From: Lysobacterales bacterium
GTDB taxonomy: Bacteria > Pseudomonadota > Gammaproteobacteria > Xanthomonadales > SZUA-5
Reading direction: 5' to 3'
DNA length: 64,000 nucleotides
NCBI GenBank assembly: GCA_022844165.1
Contig: JALHMH010000002.1
Location: 96,001-160,000 of the forward strand
A program made the translations under genes and the position numbers. The stretch's first letter is position 1; the number at the start of each line of letters is the position of its first letter. A model generated the notes under the pieces. It ran no database searches. It saw only the letters and a list, made by a program, of their open reading frames with translations, and was not told the DNA's origin. Below, one piece after another: positions 19,284-28,497 of this stretch.

Positions 19284-19790
19284 TGGCCGTCTTGATCGAG
19301 GCCGTGTTGCTGTTCAACCTGGGGCTGATCGCGGTCCTGGTGTTGCGCCGGCCCAGCCAGCATCTCTTTGGCGCCCATGCCAGTTACGGGTGGTGGGCCT
19401 TGCCCTGGCTGTTGGCCGGCAGTTCGCTGGCACCGACGCCGCTCGCGCCGGTATTGCAAGTTGGCAATGTTGCCGCACCACCGCTGGCGCAGGCGGTGGC
19501 CACGGCCGCCGGCATTCCCTGGTTGCTGCCGCTGTGGGGCGCCGGTCTGGCGTGCTGTCTTCTGCTTGCCTTGCGTTCCATTCTGCGGTTGCGCGCCCAG
19601 CTCAGGCCCACGACGCAGACCATCGAACTGGCCGGGCGGCGGCTGCGCGTCGCACATGCGGATTTCGGTCCGGCCGTGTTCGGCCTCTGGCGACCCTGGC
19701 TGGTCCTCCCGGAAGCCGCTGCCGCAACACTGAGCGAACACGATCAGCGTCTCGCCCTGGCGCACGAGGGCGCACACCTCAAACTATCGT
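19283..19790 (+). pseudogene. Truncated BlaR1/M56-family metallopeptidase
   Basis: TGATG-coupled to blaI. TM segments, GPAVFGLWRPWLVLP and LAHEGAHLK (HExxH); family similarity stops immediately after the motif. Confidence 0.8.
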
Positions 19791-20101
19791 CGTTTCGCCC
19801 TGGGCCGAGGCACCGCTCGCGGCGCGCGGGCAATGGACGGCCCAGGACTGAGCACGCCGCAGCCTGGGATACACACTGTCCGCCAAGAGCAAATACCGAG
19901 CATCCGGGCAGCGACGCCGAGCAGCGCAGAGAGCCTCGCGGCGCGCTGAAGCCGACGCGCGACCAGGCCAACCATCCCGAGCCGACAACCGCCGTAGCTC
20001 CGCATCCGTGCCGCGGTATGCTCGCACAACCCAGGCGTCGCTCTTCGATCTGACGCCTGCATTTGGCGACCGGACGCCGACATTCTGTTCGTGGCCGTTC
20101 G

Positions 20102-22819
20102 TCACTGCGGTGCGGCGTCGTCTGCAGCTGCAGCGCAGCGATCGGCTCGGCCAAGTTGGCAGCTCAGCGCGCGAAGCGCCGCAATGCGACCGAGGCTGGC
20201 CTGGTCTGCGGCATGCTTGGGCCAGCTTGCTAACAGCGACTCGGACAATGTAAGAGCCTCGGCGCGGCTGCGAGGGTTTTTGGCCAGCGCAGCTGCCAAC
20301 CGCGAGCTCATATCCAAATAGCCAAAGTGCTCCGACCCATAGGTCTTTTCGATGAGGCGCGCGGCTTCTCGCCATTGCGCAGCGGCGCCGACGAAATCCC
20401 GACGCGCTTCATGGGTTTTTGCCCAACGCTGCGCGATCAGCGCGTTCTGATAGGCATCAGGTCCAAGCAATTTTCGTAATTGGATTGCGGCCTCAGCTTG
20501 CAGAGCATGCGCTTCCTCAAGACGGCCGCGCAGCATCAACGCCTCGCCCAGTTGCGCCTGGCTGAACCACGCAAGCCCGGTCTTCAGGCCACCAGTTTCG
20601 CGCCGTAACCGCAGAGCTTCGCGCAGATCGACTTCCGCACGCGCGCCGTCGCCAAGCTCCAGATAGGTGCCGCCGCGGGTCGCGAGCAGTTGTGCGCGTA
20701 GATTCGCATCTCCTGCGGGCAATGCGGCTTCAGCCTCGACAAGTGCCGCAATCGCTTTTTTGTTGTCGCCAGCATCGCGCTCGACGCTCGCCAATCGCAC
20801 CAGCGCTTCCACCACCATCCCATGTGGTTCACCGAAGCGTTCGCGCGCCACGCGAACCGAACGCGCCAACAGCAGCCGCGCTTCGTCGAAGTTCTGCGCG
20901 CGGCGCAGAATTTCGCCCCGGGTCAACAGCGGCCGCGCAAGACGACCATCGCGGTCGCCGAAGGCTTGCTCGATCGCCTCAATCGCGCTGCGCGCTGCGA
21001 CCTCGGCCCCGGCGTCTTCGCGCAATTGTTCAAGGACAATCGCGAGCACCGTGCGCGCTTGAATGCGTTCCGGATCGGTTGCTGGCAATCCTGCGGCGAG
21101 CAATTCATCCGCTCGTTCGGCGGCCGCACGGGCGTCCGCGAAACGCGCCAGAATGACCAGGCTGAGAGCACGCTTGGAGTCGATCCGGGCGGCCTCGACG
21201 CTTTGCGGTCCATGCACCTGCTCCGCAGCAGACAGCGCTTGCGCGAACAAACGATCCGCATCGTCATGGCGAAGCTCGCGCATCGCCCACTGCGCCAATA
21301 GGGCGTCGATTTCCGCTCCCAGAGCGAGATCGTTGACACCCTCGCTGAGCGCGCGAGCACGCAACAGCGTCGCTTCTGCGGCCTTGCCATCGCCGAGATT
21401 CAGTTGCGACTCGCCGAGTACGCGCAACAGCTGTGCGGCGACTTGCGGTTCGCTGGCCAGTTCCGGCTCGACCCGTGCGGCAGCCTGCGCCAGCAGTTGT
21501 TTTGGCGTTCGATTTTCGCTGATATTGCGGGCCAGCGGATCTTGTTCGCGAAACAGCGATGCCAAGAAGCTGGTGATGCGCTCGGCTCGGGTGAGCTCGC
21601 GTGCAGCGCGATCGGCTTCGGCGCGCGCGTCGGCCGCAGCTGCCTGGGCGCGTTGCGCCTGCCATAGCGCCACGCCGGAACCGACGAGCAACGCAACCAG
21701 AGCGCTGGTACCCAAGGCCAGCCCCAGTCGATTGCGTTGCGCCCACTTGGACCAGCGGTAGCGTCGCGTTGGCGCGCGTGCATGCACAGGTTGCTGGGCA
21801 AGAAAGCGACGCAGGTCCTCAGCCATAGCGTCCGCACTGGCGTAACGTAATGCAGGCTCAAGACGCATCGCTTTGAATACGATCGCATCCAGGTCCCCGC
21901 GCAGGCGCTGCCGAAGATATGGCAGCGCAACCGTCTGCGGTCCCGCCGACAGTGTGCTGGTCTCTTCAGCATCGAGCGCCGCCAGAATCTGGCTCAAATT
22001 GCGTTCTTCGCGGCTCGGCGGCAGCACACCGGCCAACAACCGAAACATCAACAGCCCGAGCGCATAGATGTCGGTCGCTGTGGAGATTTCCCCGCTCAGC
22101 AACTGCTCAGGCGCGGCATAGCTCGGGGTCAAAGCGTTCGCCGTACTGTTGTTGTCGGAGCACTCATCGAGCAATTTCGAGATGCCGAAATCCAGCAACT
22201 TTACCGTGCCCGTGTGCTCGACGAACAGGTTGTTCGGTTTCAAATCGCGATGCACGATCAGGTGCTGGTGCGCATGCGAAACGGCGTCGCATACATCGAT
22301 CAGCAGCCGTACGCGTGCCTCGAGTGCCAGCGCGTGCTGTTCGCACCATTCGGTGATCGGCACGCCCTCCACATAGTCCAGCGCCATCCACGGGAAACCC
22401 GCGTCGTCGAGACCAGCATCAATGAAGCGCGCGACGTTCGGGTGATTCAGTTTGGCGAGGATTCGACGTTCTTGATGCAATCGCTGGCTCAACCGCAGTG
22501 ATGCGCTGCGTACGCTCTTCACGGCGACTTTCTGCTCTGCTGCGGCATCGCTGCGCTCGCACAACCAGACATCGCCCATACCGCCGCTGCCCAATCTTCT
22601 CAGCACTCGCCAAGGGCCAATCTGGCGCGGCGCGGCTTCATCCGGCACTGGCTGGCGGTTGCTCGACAAGTTCTGGCTGATGCGAGCGAGCTTCAACACG
22701 CGCGCAACTGCATCTTCGTCGCGCCACTGGCTGGGTATATCCTCAAGAACGATGGCCTCGTTGGCAACGATACGCGCGCTGAGATCCTCGACTAGCTGTT
22801 CTAACGACGCGTATGCCAT
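20102..22819 (-). CDS. Membrane Ser/Thr protein kinase with periplasmic TPR repeats
   Basis: LGSGGMGDV, VAVK, HRDLKPNN, DFGISK, YAAPEQ, DIYALG; TM segment followed by a TPR array. Confidence 0.95.
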   Translation of the reverse strand: MAYASLEQLVEDLSARIVANEAIVLEDIPSQWRDEDAVARVLKLARISQNLSSNRQPVPDEAAPRQIGPWRVLRRLGSGGMGDVWLCERSDAAAEQKVAVKSVRSASLRLSQRLHQERRILAKLNHPNVARFIDAGLDDAGFPWMALDYVEGVPITEWCEQHALALEARVRLLIDVCDAVSHAHQHLIVHRDLKPNNLFVEHTGTVKLLDFGISKLLDECSDNNSTANALTPSYAAPEQLLSGEISTATDIYALGLLMFRLLAGVLPPSREERNLSQILAALDAEETSTLSAGPQTVALPYLRQRLRGDLDAIVFKAMRLEPALRYASADAMAEDLRRFLAQQPVHARAPTRRYRWSKWAQRNRLGLALGTSALVALLVGSGVALWQAQRAQAAAADARAEADRAARELTRAERITSFLASLFREQDPLARNISENRTPKQLLAQAAARVEPELASEPQVAAQLLRVLGESQLNLGDGKAAEATLLRARALSEGVNDLALGAEIDALLAQWAMRELRHDDADRLFAQALSAAEQVHGPQSVEAARIDSKRALSLVILARFADARAAAERADELLAAGLPATDPERIQARTVLAIVLEQLREDAGAEVAARSAIEAIEQAFGDRDGRLARPLLTRGEILRRAQNFDEARLLLARSVRVARERFGEPHGMVVEALVRLASVERDAGDNKKAIAALVEAEAALPAGDANLRAQLLATRGGTYLELGDGARAEVDLREALRLRRETGGLKTGLAWFSQAQLGEALMLRGRLEEAHALQAEAAIQLRKLLGPDAYQNALIAQRWAKTHEARRDFVGAAAQWREAARLIEKTYGSEHFGYLDMSSRLAAALAKNPRSRAEALTLSESLLASWPKHAADQASLGRIAALRALSCQLGRADRCAAAADDAAPQ

Positions 22820-22985
22820 GGTCTCGGGCCCTGCCAAAGTGCGTCCCTATTGGGATTGTCCACGCGCCGTCTTTACCGACGGCGTTGACGCCTGCGCTAC
22901 ACTGAGTCCGACGGTGCGAAACAAGCGCGGCTCTTGCCGTTTTCCTTCACCGTCAACGCTAAGCCAACATCGACGATGAATACAA

Positions 22986-23546
22986 TTGACTGAATCCGTC
23001 CATACCACGTCGCTGCTCCTAAAACGCATGCGGGAGGGCGATAGCGCCGCACGCACTGCGCTTATCGCCCGCATCCAGCCGCTGCTCATGCGCTTTGCCC
23101 ATGGTCGATTACCTGGCCTGTTGCGCAGCAGCCAGGACACCGCCGATTTGTTGCAGATGACCTGGATCAAGGCTCTCGATCGCATCGAGGATATCGAGTG
23201 CAAGAAAGCCGGAGCGTTGTTCGCGTATTTGCGCACCGTGTTGGTCAACACCCTGCGCGAGGAACTGCGTCGGCACAACGGCGACCCGCAGCGCGAAGAC
23301 GAATCCGCGCTCCAGTCGCTGCCGGCCGCTGGCGGCGCCCCAGACGATTGGATCGCATACGAGCAGATGCTTGGTAGTCTGGACGAATCGCATCGCACGC
23401 TGATGGTGATGCGATTCGAATTCGGCATGAGTTTTGCGGAAATTGGCGATGAGCTTGAGCTGAGCGCCGACGCCGTCCGCATGCAGCTCAATCGCGCGGT
23501 GCAAAGACTCGCAAGAATGGAATCGGAACAGCGTTCGCCGTCCTGA
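22986..23546 (+). CDS. ECF sigma-70 factor (STPK-associated type)
   Basis: Region 2 (DTADLLQ..ALFAYLRTVLVN) and region 4 (GMSFAEIGDELELSADAVRMQLNRA). Confidence 0.9.
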   Translation: MTESVHTTSLLLKRMREGDSAARTALIARIQPLLMRFAHGRLPGLLRSSQDTADLLQMTWIKALDRIEDIECKKAGALFAYLRTVLVNTLREELRRHNGDPQREDESALQSLPAAGGAPDDWIAYEQMLGSLDESHRTLMVMRFEFGMSFAEIGDELELSADAVRMQLNRAVQRLARMESEQRSPS

Positions 23547-23575
23547 CGCCCATTGCACGCCACCGAATGCATCGA

Positions 23576-25996
23576 TCAACCCTCAAAGCCGTCGGCGAAC
23601 AGCCGCGAGTCGTAAGCGACGCAGCTGCTCACTTCAGAGGTGCTACGCGGCACGACGAAGACGCCGGTTGATAGCTTGGTGGCGGTCGCAACGATGCGTC
23701 GTGGTGTAGCAAAGAAGTTCGTATCGCCCGGCACGATGATCGGCAAGTCGAAATCCATCGTACCGTTGGTGGTCGCCGTACCGTTGCTGATCGTAATCGT
23801 CGAGCTTCCCAACCATGTCACGGGTTGGCCACCGGGTATCGGCGGAATCGGCAGCACGGCACAGTTGATTGCATCGTAAAAGTCGATGCGATAACTGCCA
23901 TTGGCGGAAGCCAACGAACCCTGCGCGCGCCCCTGCGCCGAATTGCCCGCGGCCGCAGTGAGCCCAGGCCGGTTCTGGCCGAAGTTCGCGGCACCCGCTG
24001 GCGGCAAGGCATTGTTGCCATCGGCGCTGGTGCCATCGTCGCCCAGATCGATGGGCTGCTGGCCATTGTCGATGATGACGTTACGCAAGATGGCGTTCTC
24101 GACGCCGCCTGCCAGCACCACGCCGTCGTCGCCGTTGTACTGGATGCTGTTGCGCTCAACACGGTTGTTGCTCGCTTGATCGTCGAAGCGTACGCCATCT
24201 TCGTCGTTCCCCAGCGTGACGTCGCAGAGAATCACACACAGCGCCGGCAAGCCGATTCGGTTTTCGCGGATCTGGTTGGAGCGCGCATTCGCGCCAAGCA
24301 GCAGCACGCCGTGTCGGGTGTTGTTGCTGATGACGTTGGCGCGCACTTCGTTGTTGCGCCCACTGATCGCAACGCCATCGCGGTTACCGTCGGTCGCTAA
24401 GGAACCACTGGGTCCGACACCGATGTAGTTATTCACTACGCGCGTCGCCTCCCCACTGGCCGCGATGGTCACGCCGGTGCTTGTTGTGTCGGAAAAGACA
24501 TTGCGCTCTTGCGGCGTTTCATCGCCGATTTGAACGCCACTGGTGATTGGGCCGCTGGGCGAACCGACCAAAACGCCGATACTGCTGGGTGCCAACGTCA
24601 GCAGGGACGCGGCGGGCCCCATTTGTCCGCCGACTTGGGAGCCGATCAGACGGTGACCGTTGCCGCCCTCGAAGTACACGGCAGTAAAGCCAAAGCCGCC
24701 AAAGCCGATGCCATCGATGGTGACCGACGCATCCGGGTTGTTGGACGTCCGGATGCCGCTCGACACGACGCCGCCGTCGGTGATCGCAATGCATCGCACC
24801 GCGTTGCTGCCATTGGCGAGCGTGTTGCGCGAAGCGCCAGGTTGGGTATAGCCATCGATGACCACCGAGTTGCTGATCGCCGGCAGCGAAGTAATCAAGA
24901 CGATATTGCGGGGTCCGCACGTGCTGCCGATGTCGAACTCGATGCGATTGACGTTGGGCTGCGCGTTGGCGTCGATGATCGCCTGGCGCAACGAGCCTAT
25001 GCCGCTGTCGTTGGTGTTTTGCACCACAATCGTGGTGGCCGTCGTGCCGACGGCCGACTCGAACGCCCCGCGATCCGGCGCATCGCCAAACCAGCGGAGA
25101 TTTCCTGGGAAGTCGAGCTGGGTCAGCAGGAACGAACTGGGGAAGCCACTATTGATCGCCGGAGAGACGCCTTGCAGGCGAAAATCCAGTAATGCGGCGT
25201 TGACGAACAGCGGGTCGCTGGTGATTGTGTTCGTCGGCGCTGAAGCGAGATTTGCTAAACCGGTTGCGCTTCCGTAGAGGTTGTTGCGAACGCTGATTTC
25301 CAACGGATCGTCCCCGGCCACGAATCGCAGGTCTACGCCGCCATTGTCCCAAAAGACATTGTTGCGAAGCACGCCGCTGCCGGGAAAAATGGCAACGGGC
25401 TTGAAATTGCGCGCGAAGGTATTGCCCTCGATCAAATAACTCCCAGATTCGGAACTGAGATCAAGCCCTTGCGGGAACCCGGAGCCGATTCGCGTGAACA
25501 GAGAATTGCGCAGCGTGATGCTATCGGCCAGAAAGCTCACGGTGCCGATGTCGTCGAAGAACGCGCGATCGACACTGAGCGATTCGTCTGGCCAAAGCCT
25601 GGCTGAGGTGGCGGATCGAAGGCGCAGGCGATCCAAGCTCAGGGCCGGCGTAAAGAAAGCCAGCTCCGATCCCGTCGCCAGCAATTGCGTTGCGCCAGGA
25701 TCGGCGATGCGCGAGGCGCAGCCTGCGTTGTAACCGCCGCGAATGCGCACCGCATGATCGCTGACACGACAGCTCGTATTGGCGAGATCGAAACAACTTC
25801 CTGTGAGAGTGTAGGCGCCGGTCACTAGTCGAATCTCGACATCGTCGTTTGCGCTGGCCAGGTAGGCGGTGTCGAGCTGGCTCACCGAGTTGACACAGAA
25901 GGTCTCCAGCGCTTGGGCTCGCGCACTAAAAAGACCCGAAAACAACGCAACGAAGGCGGCAGTCTTGCTACCGTAAAGAAAAGCGAAGTTCCGCAT
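23576..25996 (-). CDS. Secreted parallel beta-helix / choice-of-anchor Q-like protein, C-terminus LFADGFEG
   Basis: Signal peptide; DFRLQGVSPAINSG..PDRGAFE; VQNTNDSGIGSLRQAI; NNYIG/NVISNN beta-helix repeats; TSEVS. Confidence 0.85.
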   Translation of the reverse strand: MRNFAFLYGSKTAAFVALFSGLFSARAQALETFCVNSVSQLDTAYLASANDDVEIRLVTGAYTLTGSCFDLANTSCRVSDHAVRIRGGYNAGCASRIADPGATQLLATGSELAFFTPALSLDRLRLRSATSARLWPDESLSVDRAFFDDIGTVSFLADSITLRNSLFTRIGSGFPQGLDLSSESGSYLIEGNTFARNFKPVAIFPGSGVLRNNVFWDNGGVDLRFVAGDDPLEISVRNNLYGSATGLANLASAPTNTITSDPLFVNAALLDFRLQGVSPAINSGFPSSFLLTQLDFPGNLRWFGDAPDRGAFESAVGTTATTIVVQNTNDSGIGSLRQAIIDANAQPNVNRIEFDIGSTCGPRNIVLITSLPAISNSVVIDGYTQPGASRNTLANGSNAVRCIAITDGGVVSSGIRTSNNPDASVTIDGIGFGGFGFTAVYFEGGNGHRLIGSQVGGQMGPAASLLTLAPSSIGVLVGSPSGPITSGVQIGDETPQERNVFSDTTSTGVTIAASGEATRVVNNYIGVGPSGSLATDGNRDGVAISGRNNEVRANVISNNTRHGVLLLGANARSNQIRENRIGLPALCVILCDVTLGNDEDGVRFDDQASNNRVERNSIQYNGDDGVVLAGGVENAILRNVIIDNGQQPIDLGDDGTSADGNNALPPAGAANFGQNRPGLTAAAGNSAQGRAQGSLASANGSYRIDFYDAINCAVLPIPPIPGGQPVTWLGSSTITISNGTATTNGTMDFDLPIIVPGDTNFFATPRRIVATATKLSTGVFVVPRSTSEVSSCVAYDSRLFADGFEG

Positions 25997-26184
25997 CGTG
26001 GGAGGTCCCTGGGCTTGGTCACCAGCAGAAATGCAATTTCCTGGCGAAAGCGAACGGGTCGATGTTCTCGCAACGATACGAGGATGAAGCAGTTTGCATC
26101 GACGGCTTCGGGCCGAACGCGTGGATCGGCGGGGGCGTCAAGCCATCACTGGGCAAAACCACCAAGCGCACCGACTGCTGCCAG

Positions 26185-26343
26185 TCACTTCTTGCGCGCA
26201 CCATAAGCCAGCGCGGCGAGGCCGGCGACGCCGACCAGAGGCGTTAGCCCACGGCCCAGTTGCGGGTGGCTGGCCCAGTACTGGGCGCCAGCGATCACGG
26301 CGAGGATGGCGACGGCGCTGATAACGATAACCTTGACGCTCAT
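26185..26343 (-). CDS. Small (52 aa) two-helix membrane protein coupled to deaD
   Basis: Translated by hand: MSVKVIVISAVAILAVIAGAQYWASHPQLGRGLTPLVGVAGLAALAYGARKK. ATG overlaps the deaD stop (ATGA); GC-rich third positions. Confidence 0.6.
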   Translation of the reverse strand: MSVKVIVISAVAILAVIAGAQYWASHPQLGRGLTPLVGVAGLAALAYGARKK

Positions 26344-28367
26344 GGACGTGGTCCCTTGCCTTTGCCGCGGTTGTGCTCGGTGCTGCCGCCTGTGGAGTCG
26401 GGTTTCATTTTCAGCGGCCGACCAGCGACCCAGGTCTTCTTCAGATGCTGAAGAATTTCCTTGGGCATACCTTCGGGTAGTTCGATGGTGCTGGTCTCCT
26501 CGCCGATTTCGATGCGCCCGATAAACTTGGAATCGAGGCCAGCTTCATTAGCAACAGCGCCGACCAAATTGCCAGGTTTCATGCCATGGCGATGACCCAC
26601 ATCGACGATGTAGCGCTCGAATACAACGTCCGCCGGCGGGGCTTTGTCGCGCGGCGCACGCGTTTTTGCCGGCGGCGCATCGCCGCGAAGGCGATCGCTG
26701 ATTGGGCGCTCCGCGCGAGGCTCACGCTCGTGGCGGCGCGTCGTTTCGCGCGGCGGCGTCGACACTGTATCAGCTTTGCGTTCGCCGCCTTCGGGTCTGG
26801 CGGCAGATCGCTCGAATGGACTGGATGCCGGCCGTTCGCTGCGCTCGCGCGTTCGTTCGGTCTTGCGTTCGGCGCTTTCGGGCCTTGCGGCAGATCGCTC
26901 AAAAGAACTGGATGTCGGCCGCTCGCTGCGCTCGCGCGTTGGCCGCGCTCGCTCGCCGGAGTCGGCGCGAGGGCCGCGTGTGCGCTCGGCGTCTTCGGAT
27001 CGCGCGCGCGGCGCTCTCTCTCGCGATTCCGACGACGGCGCCGGCGTGTCCTGACCCGATAACAGCAGCGGTTTTTCGCCCTGCAGCATGCGCGCAATCG
27101 CTGCGGCGACATCCAGTTCGGGCACTTCGCGCTGATGCGAAAAGTCGCTGATCAGTTGTCGGTAGAGATCGAGATCGCCGGCTTGCAGCCCCTTTTCGAT
27201 ACGCTCATAGAACTTGGCGACACGGCGATTGTTGACCGCCTGCACCGTCGGTACCAACATCGGTTCGATCGGTTGCCGGGTGGCGCGTTCGATGGTGCGC
27301 AGCAGATGCCGCTCGCGCGGCGTGACGAACAGGATCGCCTCACCACTGCGCCCGGCACGGCCGGTGCGCCCGATGCGGTGAATGTAGGCTTCGCTGTCGT
27401 ACGGGATGTCGTAATTGATCACGTGCGTGATGCGTTCGACATCGAGGCCGCGCGCGGCGACATCGGTGGCGACAAGAATATCCAGTTGTCCATCGCGCAG
27501 GCGCTGGATGGTCTTTTCGCGCTGCACCTGCTGCAGATCGCCGTTGATGGCCGCGGCGGCAAAACCGCGTGCATTCAGACGTTCGGACAACTCTTCGGTG
27601 CCGATTTTGGTGCGCGCAAAAATGATCATCGCCTCGAAAGCCTCGCCTTCGAGGATGCGCGTCAGCGCGTCGAGTTTGTTCAGCCCACTGACTTGCCAAT
27701 AGCGCTGGCGTATCTGGCTCGCGGTGGTGGTGGCCGAGCGAATCGTCACCTCCACCGGATCCTTCAGATGGTTCTGCGCGATGCGTTTGATCGGCGGCGG
27801 CATGGTTGCCGAAAACAGCGCCACCTGTCGTCCCGCGGGCGTGGCACCGAGAATCGTCTCGACATCGTCGATAAAACCCATGCGCAGCATTTCGTCCGCT
27901 TCGTCGAGCACCGCAACCTTGAGTTGCGAGAGATCCAGTGTTCCGCGGCTCAAATGGTCCTTGATTCGACCCGGCGTACCGACGACCACATGCGCGCCGC
28001 GGCGCAGGCCGTGCAACTGGCCGCCATACGCTTGCCCGCCATAAATCGGCAGGACGTGAAAATCGGGCAGATGTTGCGCGTAACGCTGAAACGCCTCCGC
28101 CACCTGGATCGCCAGCTCGCGCGTCGGCGCGAGCACCAGCGCCTGCGTCACGGCGCGCGACAGGTCGATCCGCGCCAGAATCGGCAGCGCAAAAGCGGCG
28201 GTCTTGCCGGTGCCGGTCTGCGCCTGTCCCAGCAGGTCCTTGCCAGCCAACAGCGGCGGAATTGTCTCCGCTTGAATCGGCGAGGGTGATTCGTAACCGA
28301 CGCTGGCGATCGCCGCCATCAGCCGCTCGGGCAAACCCAGGTCGGAGAATTGGATCGAGCTGCTCAT
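26340..28367 (-). CDS. deaD: DEAD-box RNA helicase DeaD/CsdA
   Basis: Q motif, AQTGTGKT, PTRELA, DEAD, SAT, ARGLD, HRIGRTGRAG; C-terminal DbpA RNA-binding domain (GNLVGAVANE). Confidence 0.96.
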   Translation of the reverse strand: MSSSIQFSDLGLPERLMAAIASVGYESPSPIQAETIPPLLAGKDLLGQAQTGTGKTAAFALPILARIDLSRAVTQALVLAPTRELAIQVAEAFQRYAQHLPDFHVLPIYGGQAYGGQLHGLRRGAHVVVGTPGRIKDHLSRGTLDLSQLKVAVLDEADEMLRMGFIDDVETILGATPAGRQVALFSATMPPPIKRIAQNHLKDPVEVTIRSATTTASQIRQRYWQVSGLNKLDALTRILEGEAFEAMIIFARTKIGTEELSERLNARGFAAAAINGDLQQVQREKTIQRLRDGQLDILVATDVAARGLDVERITHVINYDIPYDSEAYIHRIGRTGRAGRSGEAILFVTPRERHLLRTIERATRQPIEPMLVPTVQAVNNRRVAKFYERIEKGLQAGDLDLYRQLISDFSHQREVPELDVAAAIARMLQGEKPLLLSGQDTPAPSSESRERAPRARSEDAERTRGPRADSGERARPTRERSERPTSSSFERSAARPESAERKTERTRERSERPASSPFERSAARPEGGERKADTVSTPPRETTRRHEREPRAERPISDRLRGDAPPAKTRAPRDKAPPADVVFERYIVDVGHRHGMKPGNLVGAVANEAGLDSKFIGRIEIGEETSTIELPEGMPKEILQHLKKTWVAGRPLKMKPDSTGGSTEHNRGKGKGPRP
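26776..26940. repeat. 87-bp (29-aa) tandem duplication in the DeaD linker
   Basis: TRERSERPTSSSFERSAARPESAERK / TRERSERPASSPFERSAARPEGGERK. Confidence 0.85.
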
Positions 28368-28497
28368 GGTGCTGCCTGGGTTTTGAACGGGCGCGGATTC
28401 TACGCCTCAACGGATGAACCGGTGGCGTGACCAGTGGCCCACGCAATCGGAGTGGGCAAACGCCTATCGTGCGGCCACCGCGAACCGGAGTCGTCTC

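Noticed and set aside
18959-20053. 364-aa ORF as a full-length gene
   Set aside because: The N-terminal part overlaps blaI out of frame and the part after HEGAHLK is non-homologous; only 19283-19790 is M56-like.
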